Positions 34,289 through 45,117 are shown, numbered from the stretch's first letter. The stretch: DNA of 64,000 bases from an uncultured Acidobacteriota bacterium (GCA_963809485.1 CAWEJX010000008.1:224001-288000); one strand, 5' to 3'. Translations and numbers: made by a program. Notes: a model not told the origin generated them from the letters alone.

Positions 34289-34304
34289 CTGTAAGTTTTT
34301 ACAG
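34289..34304. promoter_or_regulatory. CTGTMA-N4-TKACAG operator
   Basis: CTGTAAGTTTTTACAG, 50 nt upstream of the DUF3300 start. Confidence 0.75.
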
Positions 34305-34446
34305 ACGGATTCCAAGCCTTCTGCAGACCCGGTTTCCGCAATTTCTCCCGGATGCCTATTGGATGATCATACCCAATCGAGGCTCTATTCCAGAGAATAC
34401 CGTGTCGCCCCTTTGGTCATGTTTATCAAGCTAAGGGCCAGATTCC

Positions 34447-34627
34447 GGCCGCGGAGCGGCCGCCTGAATTTAGGCCGTCCTTTCAAGGCCGGCACATAGT
34501 CGGAGGAGAAATCGAGTCGCGTTAGCGACCCCTGAATTCAGTCGTCGCTGGTGCGACGGACCCTGTCCCTCCTTGCTGCATGGGCCTTAAAAGGCCCGGC
34601 TACATTCAACTTGCCGCTACGCGGCAA
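34447..34627. repeat. Composite REP-like palindromic element, copy 1
   Basis: GCCGCGGAGCGGC..CCTTTCAAGGCCGG..GTCGCGTTAGCGAC..GGGCCTTAAAAGGCCC..GCCGCTACGCGGC; same layout at 50946-51124. Confidence 0.8.
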
Positions 34628-34756
34628 TAAATCCTCATCGCTTGATGCGCATGCCCTTTGGGGCTGAGAGTTGAGAGTTTATCAGCATATTGCTTGATTA
34701 TGAATAGCGCCTTCCACCTTCCACATGAAAGCTGCTCGAGATCCAGGGAAATAGGC

Positions 34757-35407
34757 TTACTTGCTGACGAGGCCGGCTTTCTGCAATTCTTTGCCGGCTG
34801 CCTTTATCAGTTCTTGCACAAACTTATGAATGTCCTTCGGATTGGTGGATTCGCTTTGTCCGGCCCAGATCAGCTCGTCCTTGTCGATAGAATATATCAG
34901 GGTTTCCAGCGTGATAACCTTATCGGTCCATGTATATCCCGAGGTGTAGACCGCCGACCATCCGTAGCCCCAATAGTTATAGAAACCCTGATAGTATGGT
35001 TGCGAGTACCACACGGTCGTGGCAGCGGATGAGGTGGTCCTTTCCTCATCTCCAATCAAGCGCACCATGACAACGCCGCTGATTCCGGCTTTTTCAAGGA
35101 ACTGCTTTGATTTTTCCCTGTCCCGGACCAAAGGTCCGGGCAGGATCATGTATCCCGCGATGCAATCAACGCCCCGATTGCGCAGTTCGGCTGCCAGCGT
35201 CTCCTCGCGGCCTTCGCGGAATTCCTCGGCGGGTATGATCACAAATGCCGCCACTTTTTTCCCCCTGAGCTCGGTCAGGCCGGCGCGGGGACTTCGGAAA
35301 ACTGAAACATACTTGGTCGATCCCGCCCACAACAAAGTGCAAGTTTGAATAACGACAAAGAACACCCAAAAGCATTTTTTGATCCGCATCATTTGCATAG
35401 GATCCAT
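34757..35407 (-). CDS. Exported hypothetical protein (DUF4136-like fold possible)
   Basis: Signal-like N-terminus, Tyr-rich loop, LETLIYSIDKDELIWAGQSESTNP. Confidence 0.7.
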   Translation of the reverse strand: MDPMQMMRIKKCFWVFFVVIQTCTLLWAGSTKYVSVFRSPRAGLTELRGKKVAAFVIIPAEEFREGREETLAAELRNRGVDCIAGYMILPGPLVRDREKSKQFLEKAGISGVVMVRLIGDEERTTSSAATTVWYSQPYYQGFYNYWGYGWSAVYTSGYTWTDKVITLETLIYSIDKDELIWAGQSESTNPKDIHKFVQELIKAAGKELQKAGLVSK

Positions 35408-35461
35408 CCGCAGTTTATAGGGGCGGCTCCGGCATTCAGTGTGCGCGATGCCGCTCCAGGA

Positions 35462-35818
35462 TTACTTGATCCAGGCTCTGGCTACATCTATTTCGGAAGG
35501 AGCAAAGAACCGGATATCCATCGATCGCAGGCCCTTCCCCACGAACACCTCGGCCATTTCCTGCCATCTCTTTTCGCCGACCATGGCGATCTTTTCTATC
35601 TGCTCGTCGTATTGCGATTGGAAAGACACATCCCCCCAATTGCCCTTGTTATCCCACCCCTGAAAGCTCTCAATGATTATGAGGATTCTTACTTTGCCTG
35701 CCGATCCCATAGCCTCAATCGCGACTTTTTCCGCCTGCGCAATCTCCGCTCTCTTCAGCAGGCCGCTGATCTTAAGAGTGATGAGGCCTTCCCTGTTCTC
35801 CAGGACTTCGCATGGCAT
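35462..35818 (-). CDS. STAS/SEC14 (SpoIIAA-like) domain protein
   Basis: ISGLLKRAE, ILIIIESFQGW, IEKIAMVGEKRW, IRFFAPSEIDVARAWI. Confidence 0.85.
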   Translation of the reverse strand: MPCEVLENREGLITLKISGLLKRAEIAQAEKVAIEAMGSAGKVRILIIIESFQGWDNKGNWGDVSFQSQYDEQIEKIAMVGEKRWQEMAEVFVGKGLRSMDIRFFAPSEIDVARAWIK

Positions 35819-35881
35819 ATATTCCCCCTTTAGTGAGGCTCTGCGCACGATAAAGATAAAATCTTTTGCCTATGCCGGGGA

Positions 35882-35897
35882 CTGTCAGTTTTGACAG
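35882..35897. promoter_or_regulatory. CTGTMA-N4-TKACAG operator
   Basis: ACTGTCAGTTTTGACAGT between the divergent STAS gene and PAS kinase. Confidence 0.75.
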
Positions 35898-36025
35898 TAA
35901 GTATAAGTTCCCGGGGGGCTTTAGTCAAAGGAAGCAACAAGCAATGTCCTGAATGGGTGCTTGACAGAGAAAGCTTTGTTGGGAGAATATTTTGGGTTGC
36001 CCCGGTCGGGGGAGGCACTGCTGAT

Positions 36026-38260
36026 ATGGATCCAATTGAAGTCTGTTTGCGGTCACTTTTCGCCCACGCGTCGATTGCCGTAAGTGTCAGTCGCGATGGC
36101 GCGATCCTCTATGTCAATAATGCATATCTGAAAATGTTTGGATTCGATCGCCCGGACGAAATCGAAAGCATGCCGGCTGCCGGTCGCTGGTCCCCCGGAT
36201 ATCAGGCATTTATGCGTGAAGACGCTCAGCAAAATTCGAGAGGAAATCCCGCTCCTTCCGAATACGAAGCTCTCGCCTCGAGCAGAGAAGGTTCACAGTT
36301 CCCCGTGCACGTCATCGTGACGACGTTGGATCTTGCAGATGGGCCGGCAATAGTGGAGTTCATCACCGATCTCACCCGGCGCAAACAGGCAGAGCAGGCA
36401 CTGCGGTGGAAGAACCAGAATATTGAGACCATCCCGGATGAAGCACCCATCGGCTTTGCGGTGCACACGATTGATGATGGCGTGGGCCGGATTGTCAGTG
36501 CCCGATTCGAGGAAATTTATGGCGTTCCCCGCGGCACGATAGATTCCCATAGCACTTTTTTTGACAAGGTGTGGCCCTACCATCCGGATTTTCGAGAGCA
36601 GATCCGCAAGCGCGTGGTAGCTGACATGACTTCAGGCGACGTCTCCCGGATGCACTGGGAAAATGTTCCGGTCTGGGACGCCAAAGGCGTAGTCCGCTAC
36701 ATCAACGCAATGAACATTCCTTTGCTGGATCAGAACTTGATGGTTTCCACTGTCCAGGATGCCACGGAACATGTTCGCGCACAGGAGGCGCTGCGGAAAA
36801 GCGAGGAGCGATTCCGCGGCATCTTTGAAAGTTCCATCGAAGGCATCTATTCGAGCTCGTTGGAGGGGAACGTCCTGGCGATGAATCCTGCCATGGCGAA
36901 GATGCTCGGATATGACTCCCCGCAGGCAGCGATCCGAAACATTCGAGATTTGGGCCAACAAATCTGGACAAATCCCCAAGAGCGCTCCTACTATCTCCAA
37001 CGACTCGATGAGCAGGGCGCGGTCCGGGGTTACGAGTGTCAGTTCAGGCGCAAGGACGATACACGGATATGGGTGTCGCTCAATGGCCGCTCCATTCGCG
37101 GTCCCGATGGACAGGTTGCCCACTATTTAATGTCTGCATCAGATGTCACCGAGCGAAAAAACGCGGAGCAGGCCCTGGAAAAGAACCGGAATCTGCTCAT
37201 GCAGATTGAAAGGATCGGAAGGGTCGGCGCGTGGGAGATTGATCTGGCCACGATGAAACTGACATGGACGACCGAGGTCTACGCCATCCATGAGGTTGAT
37301 TCCGCCTACGAACCGACGGTGGAAAAGGCGATCCAGTTCTATACGCCCGCTTCCAGGTCGGTGATTCAGCGGCTGTTGCGCTGGGCTACAGAACAGGGCG
37401 AGCCGTACGATACAGAACTGGAGATTGTTACCGCAAAGGGCAATATCCGCAGCGTTCATGCTATAGGAAAAGCGGACCTGCAGGAGCGCAGGGTTTATGG
37501 TTTCTTCCAGGACATCACCAAGTCGAAGGAGAACGAGCGTGAGATGTCCCAGTTGCGCTTTGAGCTAACGCATCTGGCCCGAGTCCTGACGCTGAACGAG
37601 ATTTCAGGCGCCCTGGCCCACGAAATCAATCAGCCGCTGGGGGCAATCCTGAATAACGCCGAGGCGGCGAGGCTGCTGCTGACCCAAAATCAGGACAATT
37701 GGGTGGAAATGCCCGAAATTGTGGAGGAAATCATTCAAGCCTCCCGGCGGGCAGGGGATGTAGTCCGCAAACTTCGGACCTTGGTAAAAAAAGGCGATAC
37801 GGCGTTCGAGCCTTTGGCCATCAATGTCCTCATCGAGGAAGTCCTGGTTCTGTTGCATAGCACCGTCACCATAAATAATGTTACGCTTCAGCTGGATCTG
37901 AAGCCGGATCTCGCTAATGTCAGAGGAGACCGTATCCGCTTGCAGCAGGTTCTGTTGAACCTCGTAACGAACGCCATCGAGGCCATGAAGGAAGCATCCT
38001 CAAGGGTATTAGCGGTCCGCTCCGCTATGCGGGATACGAATGTGGTTGTTGTCAGCGTAAGCGATTCCGGACCGGGAATCGCCGAGGCCCGGCGAGCGGT
38101 ACTTTACAAGCCATTCTTTACAACAAAAAGGGATGGTCTGGGGCTCGGTTTATCCATCTGCAAATCGATTATAGAGGAACATGGGGGATGGATGTGTGAG
38201 GAGAACAATCCGGCCGGGGGCGCAACATTTTCGTTTTCCCTGAAAGCCTCGCCGCAGTGA
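36026..38260 (+). CDS. Multi-PAS histidine kinase (FixL/NodV-like)
   Basis: About four PAS/PAC repeats, LAHEINQPL, QQVLLNLVTNA, PFFTTKRDGLGLGL; GGAGG RBS before ATG 36026. Confidence 0.92.
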   Translation: MDPIEVCLRSLFAHASIAVSVSRDGAILYVNNAYLKMFGFDRPDEIESMPAAGRWSPGYQAFMREDAQQNSRGNPAPSEYEALASSREGSQFPVHVIVTTLDLADGPAIVEFITDLTRRKQAEQALRWKNQNIETIPDEAPIGFAVHTIDDGVGRIVSARFEEIYGVPRGTIDSHSTFFDKVWPYHPDFREQIRKRVVADMTSGDVSRMHWENVPVWDAKGVVRYINAMNIPLLDQNLMVSTVQDATEHVRAQEALRKSEERFRGIFESSIEGIYSSSLEGNVLAMNPAMAKMLGYDSPQAAIRNIRDLGQQIWTNPQERSYYLQRLDEQGAVRGYECQFRRKDDTRIWVSLNGRSIRGPDGQVAHYLMSASDVTERKNAEQALEKNRNLLMQIERIGRVGAWEIDLATMKLTWTTEVYAIHEVDSAYEPTVEKAIQFYTPASRSVIQRLLRWATEQGEPYDTELEIVTAKGNIRSVHAIGKADLQERRVYGFFQDITKSKENEREMSQLRFELTHLARVLTLNEISGALAHEINQPLGAILNNAEAARLLLTQNQDNWVEMPEIVEEIIQASRRAGDVVRKLRTLVKKGDTAFEPLAINVLIEEVLVLLHSTVTINNVTLQLDLKPDLANVRGDRIRLQQVLLNLVTNAIEAMKEASSRVLAVRSAMRDTNVVVVSVSDSGPGIAEARRAVLYKPFFTTKRDGLGLGLSICKSIIEEHGGWMCEENNPAGGATFSFSLKASPQ

Positions 38261-38376
38261 TCCGCGCAAGTGTCTGCAAAATGCCCACGGGTAAAGGCGC
38301 CGGGGCTTCCGTGCTGATGCAGATATCTCTTCGGCAACGATGGCCGGCCAGGCAGAACACCTAAATAAAAAGAAAC

Positions 38377-38766
38377 TCAGGGTTGGGGATCGGACTCCTC
38401 CATTTCTTCCTTGCGAACCAATTCCAGCAGAGAGTCCCCCGAAAACGGCTTCTGAAGAAATCCCACCACGCCGCTTTGTATGGCCCGCTCTCTCGCATCG
38501 GCTTCCATGTATCCCGTCATGAATATCACAGGCATGCTATAGTGCAGATCACGCATTTTCTTTAATAAATCAAAGCCATCACAACCAGGCATGCGAATAT
38601 CAATGACGGCGTAGCCTGGCTGTTCCGGAGGCACAGAATCGATGAAGGATTGGGCCGAGCCGAAGTACTCGGCGCGAAATCCTCTGCAGCTCAGCATCCG
38701 CCTGAGCGACCTGCCGAACGGCAGATCGTCGTCGATAATCCAAAAACAAACGGAGGATTTACCCAT
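38377..38766 (-). CDS. Single-domain response regulator
   Basis: IIDDD, VIDIRMPGCDG, VIFMTG, FLQKPF. Confidence 0.9.
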   Translation of the reverse strand: MGKSSVCFWIIDDDLPFGRSLRRMLSCRGFRAEYFGSAQSFIDSVPPEQPGYAVIDIRMPGCDGFDLLKKMRDLHYSMPVIFMTGYMEADARERAIQSGVVGFLQKPFSGDSLLELVRKEEMEESDPQP

Positions 38767-39078
38767 TTTATTTCTCTGATAGAACCCTGCATGCCGCGCA
38801 AAGGTTGTTTAAGCAATCATAATTTGTACAAGGGCATTGTCGAATACGGATATACAGGCGAATGATGCATCCAAAGACCGAAAAGCGTCCAAAGCAGCAA
38901 CTCTGCCTGCGTCAGTTTATGGAGTGCCGTCCGGCCAGGCATCATTTCCGGAATCAAAATCTGACTGGCATGTCGTGCGGGTACCCCTTGCCCGTACCCG
39001 CACGACACCAACCGCCTTTTTTTCGGCACAGGCCGCTTGTCTGCACTTACATACCGGCACCGAACACTTGTTACTCAA

Positions 39079-39690
39079 CTAAAACTTGATGACTGCACCC
39101 AGCTGGTAGCGTAAGTTATGAAACATTCCGGGGGCGCCGCCGGCGCTTGTCAAATCCTGGATGTCCGAATCAATCAACACGTAATCAAACTGTGCCGGAC
39201 GCAGGGCAAAATTCTTGCCCAGGTTGATATCCACGCCTCCGCCAACAGCCATGGCGTATTGCCACGCAGTATACGAGTTGTAGTTGAATTGGCCGATGTC
39301 ATCGTCCAGTTTTGTGGTGCCTGCACCCAGCAGGACGTGGCCGAATATTGTGACGGGCTTGGTGCGGTAGGAAACCCGCGGCCCAAACAGGATCGTCTGG
39401 ATCCTCGTATCAAGCTTCGGAATAGAATAAACTCGCCCGTCCTGTTGAAAACTATGGGGCCCCGATTCCCCGTGAGTCGCGTTCCACTCCCCGACCAGGC
39501 CGAAATACTTATTGACGTTATACTGCGCGCCGATCCCGTATCCCCACATGGTCTCATTGTCAAGTATATCAACATCAGCAACCAGCATGGACGCCATCCC
39601 TGAAAGCTCGAACTTGGGATAGTCATCCTGAGCATAGACAGAAACAGACGCAATAAACAGCATAGCGACAACTACAAAAACTTTCTTCAT
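39079..39690 (-). CDS. Small outer-membrane beta-barrel protein
   Basis: AGGAG RBS, signal peptide MKKVFVVVAML..AQDDYPKFE, LFGPR, GGGVDI, C-terminal GAVIKF. Confidence 0.82.
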   Translation of the reverse strand: MKKVFVVVAMLFIASVSVYAQDDYPKFELSGMASMLVADVDILDNETMWGYGIGAQYNVNKYFGLVGEWNATHGESGPHSFQQDGRVYSIPKLDTRIQTILFGPRVSYRTKPVTIFGHVLLGAGTTKLDDDIGQFNYNSYTAWQYAMAVGGGVDINLGKNFALRPAQFDYVLIDSDIQDLTSAGGAPGMFHNLRYQLGAVIKF

Positions 39691-39751
39691 CCAATTCTCC
39701 TTTCTAATTTGTAATGACCTCGATAATATGGGCACGATCAGAGCTGAGAAA

Positions 39752-39767
39752 CTGTCAGAACTGACAG
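39752..39767. promoter_or_regulatory. CTGTMA-N4-TKACAG operator
   Basis: CTGTCAGAACTGACAG, 62 nt upstream of the OMP start. Confidence 0.75.
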
Positions 39768-39939
39768 GGGTGCTCCCGTTCATGCCTGAACCGGCTGCGA
39801 TCACCGGGTACAAACCGCAATAAATGGAGTTCACCAGCGCTTTTGTCCCCTGTATGCCTGCATTGTCAAATAATGAATCTGCCAATGGTTTAGGTCCCGC
39901 AATAATTCGGGTGGAGGGCTGCTGAATCAACAGCACCCT

Positions 39940-40998
39940 TTAGTATTTCAATCCTACGGAGCGCGGCGAATACAGGTTGAAGTCGAGGGCGTCGGCAAAG
40001 TACTCAATGACCTTCTGAGCCTTTACGCTATTCCCCGCTTCATCAAGCGGCGGAGCAAAAACCGCCATAGCTCCCTTGCCCGGGACGATGGCAACAATTC
40101 CGCCACCGACTCCGCTCTTGGCCGGAAGGCCGACATGCCATGCCCAGCTGCCCGAACCGTCATACAATCCCGCCATCATCATGGTTGAAAGAATGTATGG
40201 GACATTTTCCGCCTTGATGATCTGCTCGCCGGATGCAGGATTCTTGCCGCTGTTCGCCAGCGTTGCCCCCATGCGAGCCAGTTGGGCCACGTTCACGCCA
40301 ACGGAGCACTGCTTGGTGTAGACATCGACTGATTCAAACGGATCGGCGTAGATGCGTTCATATTTCGCCAGCAGCATTGCCAGCGCCTTATTTCCGGTGT
40401 TGGTCGCGGCTTCCGACTTGTAGACCTCGTCGATCAGTTTCAGCTTTGCGCCCGCACACCGGCTGTAATAGTCCAGGATCTTGTTCCACTTCTCATCCGC
40501 CGTCTTTGCGGAAATCAAACTGACGGTAGCGATCGCACCGGCGTTTACAAACGGGTTACCCGTGTGCGTCGGCATGTCCGCAACCGCAAAAACCGAATTA
40601 AAAGCCCGTCCGGTGGGCTCGGATCCGATTTTCTCGAAAACCCTTGCGGCGCCCAATTCGTCCATTGCCATCGCCATGGAGAACACCTTAGAGATCGACT
40701 GAATCGAAAACGAGTAGTCGATATCACCCATTGTCAGGACCTGGTTGTCGGTCGTTACTATCGCAATGCCAAAGAGGTTTGAGGGAACTTTGGCCAGGTA
40801 GGGAATGTAGTCCGCGTTTTTGCCTCCCGGGTCCTTCTTGAATTTGTCGTACGCCTCCCGAACGGCCGCCTCCGCCCTGGCCCTGTTGGGTGCAACCGGG
40901 CTGGACTTCTGAGCAAGGACCGGCAGAGGCGATGACGCAAAAGTCATGACAATAAAAAGTGCGACAAGCATCCGTGTTTGAATTTTTTCCCTCAACAT
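39940..40998 (-). CDS. glsA: Glutaminase A with N-terminal signal peptide
   Basis: NADYIPYL, FSIQSISK (SxxK), EPTGRAFNS, NPFVNAGAI, GLPAKSGVGGG, PPLDEAGNSV. Confidence 0.95.
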   Translation of the reverse strand: MLREKIQTRMLVALFIVMTFASSPLPVLAQKSSPVAPNRARAEAAVREAYDKFKKDPGGKNADYIPYLAKVPSNLFGIAIVTTDNQVLTMGDIDYSFSIQSISKVFSMAMAMDELGAARVFEKIGSEPTGRAFNSVFAVADMPTHTGNPFVNAGAIATVSLISAKTADEKWNKILDYYSRCAGAKLKLIDEVYKSEAATNTGNKALAMLLAKYERIYADPFESVDVYTKQCSVGVNVAQLARMGATLANSGKNPASGEQIIKAENVPYILSTMMMAGLYDGSGSWAWHVGLPAKSGVGGGIVAIVPGKGAMAVFAPPLDEAGNSVKAQKVIEYFADALDFNLYSPRSVGLKY

Positions 40999-41078
40999 GG
41001 AATTTCCTCCTCCAATATCGACCGATGCGGTTTGGTTGCCTGGCCGATTATTTCATCCGAGCAACTTGGTTTTCGAAA

Positions 41079-41094
41079 CTGTCAAAACTTACAG
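41079..41094. promoter_or_regulatory. CTGTMA-N4-TKACAG operator
   Basis: CTGTCAAAACTTACAG, 81 nt upstream of glsA. Confidence 0.75.
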
Positions 41095-41272
41095 ATAAAG
41101 TCCATTGAGCAGTTCAAGGCATGTCTGGAGATATTAGATCAATTGCTTCAAGGAGATCAGCGGAGGATCGGAAGGCAAGAAAACGGCAAAGAAGGTTGTG
41201 GGGGGGCGGCAGACCAGGCGCCATTGCCGGAGGAATCGCGGGCGGATGCAGGGGAAACTGCTAAAGAACCGA

Positions 41273-41288
41273 CTGTAATAAATGACAG
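41273..41288. promoter_or_regulatory. CTGTMA-N4-TKACAG operator
   Basis: CTGTAATAAATGACAG in the glsA/DUF4136 divergent region. Confidence 0.7.
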
Positions 41289-41691
41289 TTTCGCGCTACG
41301 TACCGTTGACCTTAATCTGTGCTTTATGGAATGAGCCAGCCTGTAAAAACCGGTTGGCCGCGGTGCAATTGGGATGCTTGGATAACGGGAAAAGACAGTG
41401 CAAACCATATTCATCCGCATTTATCACATGGCATTGATTTGGAGGCGGAATCCCAGCTGTTCTTCGTGGCATTTCGTGCCTGCCTCCCATGGTTGGCTAA
41501 GTCGGCGGCTACGACTGCCGGTTCTTAAAATTGCAAAATCCGAAAAGGGATTCGCATTGGGGATCGGCAGATCCCGCCGCGCAGCAATAATTGCGAGGGC
41601 GATGGAGAACGTGCAATAATTCCGACAATATTATATTTTGTGCTTCGAACAGGTAACAATAGCTTTCAAATATGGCAAGGAGAATATAAAA

Positions 41692-42237
41692 ATGACCAAC
41701 AGGAGGATGACGCTATTGGCCTTTTTGGGATTGGGCTTCGTGCTCTGTTTCTGCGCGCTTCTACAGGCGCAGGATGTCAAATACAACTATGATCCGGGCA
41801 CGGACTTTTCAAAATTCAAAACCTACAAGTGGGTCGATGTCCCGGATGCCCGGTACCCCGATCAATTGACTTCCAATATGATTAAACAGGCCATCGATGG
41901 ACAGCTGGTGTCGAAAGGGCTAACCAAGACTGAGGACGACAAAGCCGATTTGTATGTCGCCTATCAGATAGCTGTTAGTGAAGAGACGCAGTGGTATGCG
42001 ACAGGATATGGCGGCCGCTATCGTACGATGGGTGGCATGGGAACGGCAACCAGTTCGACTATCAAAATCGGCACGCTGGTTTTGGACATGTACGACGTGA
42101 CGGACAAAAAGCAGGTCTGGCACGGAGATGCCACCAAGACCCTGGACCCAAGCAAGGATCCCAAAAAGAACCAGGAGAAAATGGAAAAAGTTGCCAAGAA
42201 GCTTCTGAAGAACTATCCGCCTCCGGTCAAGAAATAG
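41692..42237 (+). CDS. DUF4136 domain protein
   Basis: Signal peptide, YDPGTDFSKFKTYKW, GTLVLDMYD..VWHG, KLLKNYPP; AAGGAG RBS. Confidence 0.88.
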   Translation: MTNRRMTLLAFLGLGFVLCFCALLQAQDVKYNYDPGTDFSKFKTYKWVDVPDARYPDQLTSNMIKQAIDGQLVSKGLTKTEDDKADLYVAYQIAVSEETQWYATGYGGRYRTMGGMGTATSSTIKIGTLVLDMYDVTDKKQVWHGDATKTLDPSKDPKKNQEKMEKVAKKLLKNYPPPVKK

Positions 42238-42455
42238 AGGACGTCAGCATGTACGCCTGAGTCTGGCAGCATGACGGCAGCCGAAAAGGCTCGAGGTTTT
42301 TCAGCCTGGCTGTCAGTCATAACTGTCATGGAAAAGGCTCCTTACTGCAGATGGGCACAGAGCTCGGGCTTTCTCTCTAAAGCCTGCGCTTCGCCTCCGC
42401 GAAGTTTGGTGTTCTCCGCGCATCTGCAGCTCGCCCTAATGTGGGAAAAAGGTTC

Positions 42456-43508
42456 ATGCATACTGCCCGTTTGAATCCACTCTGTTTCTACGTTTTGCTA
42501 ACCGTCACTTGCGTCATCCTGCCGGTGTCCGCGCGCGAGAAGACAGACGTGGTTATCCTGAAAAACGGAGACCATATCTTCGGTGAGATCAAGAGCCTGG
42601 AGAGGGGCATGCTCAACGTCAAGACCGATTCGATGAGCACCGTCTCGATCAAATGGCAGGACGTCAAAAGCGTCACAAGCAATTTTCTCTACACAATTCA
42701 GGACACCCAGGGCCTGATCTATGTCGGAAGCCTGCAGCCTGCCGCTGACGAGCGGCATATGAACATCGAAGGTTTGCAGGGGGAGTGGGTCGCATACCTG
42801 GACCCCATTTCCATTGTGCAAATCCAGGAACTGGGGATCAGCCGGTGGAAGCGCTTTTCGGGCTCCGCCGATCTCGGCTACACTTTCACAAAAGCCAGTG
42901 ATCGCACCCAATTTAACTTTTCGGGAGATGTCACCTACCGCACCCAGCATTACTCAAGCCAGCTGTACTACAGTTCCATATTTGGCACCTCGCAGGGAGA
43001 AACTGACGCAGATCGGAAACTCCTAACTCTCAACGGCACGCGGGAGTTTACAGGGAAATGGCTGGCATATGGGCAGGCGGGCTTTGAACACAACCTGGAG
43101 CTTCAACTGGACCGTCGATATTCATTTCTCGGAGGGCCGGGTTACAGGATTGCGCAAAGCAACAGGTCACTGGTTACGGCGATCGCGGCCGCTGCTTTCA
43201 CTCGTGAAAGTTACTATGGCGAGGTTTCCATGAAAAACGCCGAGGGCTTCTTCGGAATCGACGCACAATTCTTCAAGCTCTATTCGCCGAAGTTCGACAT
43301 CGTCAATCAACTTGTGTTTCTGCCCAATTTCACAACCAGGGGCCGACGCCGTTTGGAGTATAACGCGAAGGTCCGTCTGGAGGTCTTCAGGGACTTTTTC
43401 GTCACGCTGACCTTCTACGACAGTTACGACAGCAAGCCTCCATCGGCAAATGCTTCCCAAAACGATTACGGCTTTACCACCGGCCTCAGCTGGTCCTTCC
43501 GACGATAG
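42456..43508 (+). CDS. DUF481-like outer-membrane beta-barrel
   Basis: DVVILKNGDHIFGEIK, GSADLGYTF, YDSKPP, C-terminal TTGLSWSF. Confidence 0.8.
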   Translation: MHTARLNPLCFYVLLTVTCVILPVSAREKTDVVILKNGDHIFGEIKSLERGMLNVKTDSMSTVSIKWQDVKSVTSNFLYTIQDTQGLIYVGSLQPAADERHMNIEGLQGEWVAYLDPISIVQIQELGISRWKRFSGSADLGYTFTKASDRTQFNFSGDVTYRTQHYSSQLYYSSIFGTSQGETDADRKLLTLNGTREFTGKWLAYGQAGFEHNLELQLDRRYSFLGGPGYRIAQSNRSLVTAIAAAAFTRESYYGEVSMKNAEGFFGIDAQFFKLYSPKFDIVNQLVFLPNFTTRGRRRLEYNAKVRLEVFRDFFVTLTFYDSYDSKPPSANASQNDYGFTTGLSWSFRR

Positions 43509-43548
43509 GCAATTCAGATCACAAACCCTTGCAGATCTCGGCCGATGC

Positions 43549-43941
43549 AGTCAGGCACCTCCGGCAAAGCCGGAGGCTTGAAAGATTTGAACCGCTCAAA
43601 GCGGTTGGACTAGTTTCGCCGGTCTTGAACGCTGACTTACGCGGGCAAAAGCCGATGAGGCGCTTCCGATCCCCGCAGGGGCCAGCGCTCCGCGCTGGAC
43701 AGTTTTCTGCGGCGGCACTGTGGCAAGCGCCGTGCGGCAAGCAGATGAAGGGTATGAGAAACCGGGCGTTTGCCACAGTGCCGCCGCAGAAAACTCCATC
43801 GGAAGCGCCTCATCGGCTTTTGCTCGCCGACCCTCGCCGAACAAATCGGCGTTTGTCAGCGCTTTTATCAGCGTTTCTCAGCGTTTCAAATTACGGAACT
43901 GTCAAACTCTTTGAGTCCCCCGGCAGAGCCGATGGTTTACC
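43549..43941 (-). mobile_element. Family A element, full length, copy A3
   Basis: Colinear with A1 except that the central 43-bp loop (43727-43769) is inverted. Confidence 0.78.
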
Positions 43942-44115
43942 AATGTAATTATGACAACCCGTGAAAACCCGTGAACGATCGAGAAGCGGATGCGATAGTC
44001 TGCCTGAGGATGATCCGGATGGAAAACCGGAAAGGCAGACAACAACATCCAGCAAAGCAGTGGGAGTACCGATGTATTTATATGTCCTGCCCGGAATCCA
44101 GCGCGGCGCGGCATA

Positions 44116-44131
44116 CTGTCACAACTGCCAG
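44116..44131. promoter_or_regulatory. CTGTMA-N4-TKACAG operator (1 mismatch)
   Basis: CTGTCACAACTGCCAG, about 66 nt upstream of 44197. Confidence 0.55.
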
Positions 44132-44196
44132 TTGTCCATTACCGTCCGCCGGCAGTATCACTCTGCAAAAAATTTCGATTACCGCATGGAGGAGAG

Positions 44197-45117
44197 ATGA
44201 TTTGGTTGAGCATCGGTGAATCAATTCGAGGCTGTGGCGCCGTAACCCTGTCGATACTCTTGTTGACGGCTCTTTGGATTTGTCCCTGTCTTGCCGCCAA
44301 TCTTGAGGAAACAAGTACTGTACCGGAAGATAGAGGAACCGATGCTGCAAAGCAGGTTGAATCGGCTTCGCTGAATACCCCGATCTCCGACCAGTTGGCC
44401 AGACCTGAAAGCAGTCTTCCAGCCCTGAATACAATGGCAGCCAGTACAAACGCAATTGAAGCCGTGGAGGCTCCGCGCCGCCATATAGACTGGTCGGGGC
44501 TCATCAACCAGTCCGCCCTTTTCCTATCCATCGAACAGGGTTTCCGTTTGGGAACCCAGCCGGGCACAAGGGAAGCTTTGAAAGGTCCCTTCTTCGATGA
44601 CTGGTTTACCAGCGTCAAGTCGACGAAAGGGTGGGGGGATGCGGATGATTTCCTGGCCAATTACATCGGCCACCCGATGCAGGGTTCCGTAACCGGCCAT
44701 ATATTTGTGCAAAACGATCCCGGCGGCCGCTATCAGACCTTCAACTGGTCTTCCGCCTACTGGAACAGCCGGCTCAAGGCCACGCTGTGGAGCGCAATAT
44801 ACAGCACACAATTCGAGCTCGGACCGATCAGCGAAGCATCCATAGGCAATGTCGGCTATCCCGGATCATCGTTGAGCGGGGCCGTGGATCTGGTCATGAC
44901 GCCTCTGGGTGGGCTCGGTTGGCAGGTCGGCGAAGATGCTCTCGACAAGTATCTTGTCATGAGGATCGAAACCTGGACCAGCAACCCCGTTATACTGATG
45001 TTGGCTCGCGGATTTCTGAATCCTACCCGGTCCTTCGCCAACGTCATGCGCTTGAAGGTTCCCTGGCACCGCGACACTCGCCCGGGAATATGGAACACCT
45101 CCGTTGACAATCGTTAA
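44197..45117 (+). CDS. Exported/membrane hypothetical protein (DUF3943-like)
   Basis: GGAGGAG RBS; WGDADDFLANYIGHPMQGS, FELGPISEASIGN, DLVMTPLGG. Family assignment tentative. Confidence 0.65.
   Translation: MIWLSIGESIRGCGAVTLSILLLTALWICPCLAANLEETSTVPEDRGTDAAKQVESASLNTPISDQLARPESSLPALNTMAASTNAIEAVEAPRRHIDWSGLINQSALFLSIEQGFRLGTQPGTREALKGPFFDDWFTSVKSTKGWGDADDFLANYIGHPMQGSVTGHIFVQNDPGGRYQTFNWSSAYWNSRLKATLWSAIYSTQFELGPISEASIGNVGYPGSSLSGAVDLVMTPLGGLGWQVGEDALDKYLVMRIETWTSNPVILMLARGFLNPTRSFANVMRLKVPWHRDTRPGIWNTSVDNR

Noticed and set aside
40978-41619. Small ORFs in the glsA/DUF4136 spacer
   Set aside because: No convincing RBS or motif; the region holds two operator sites and looks regulatory.
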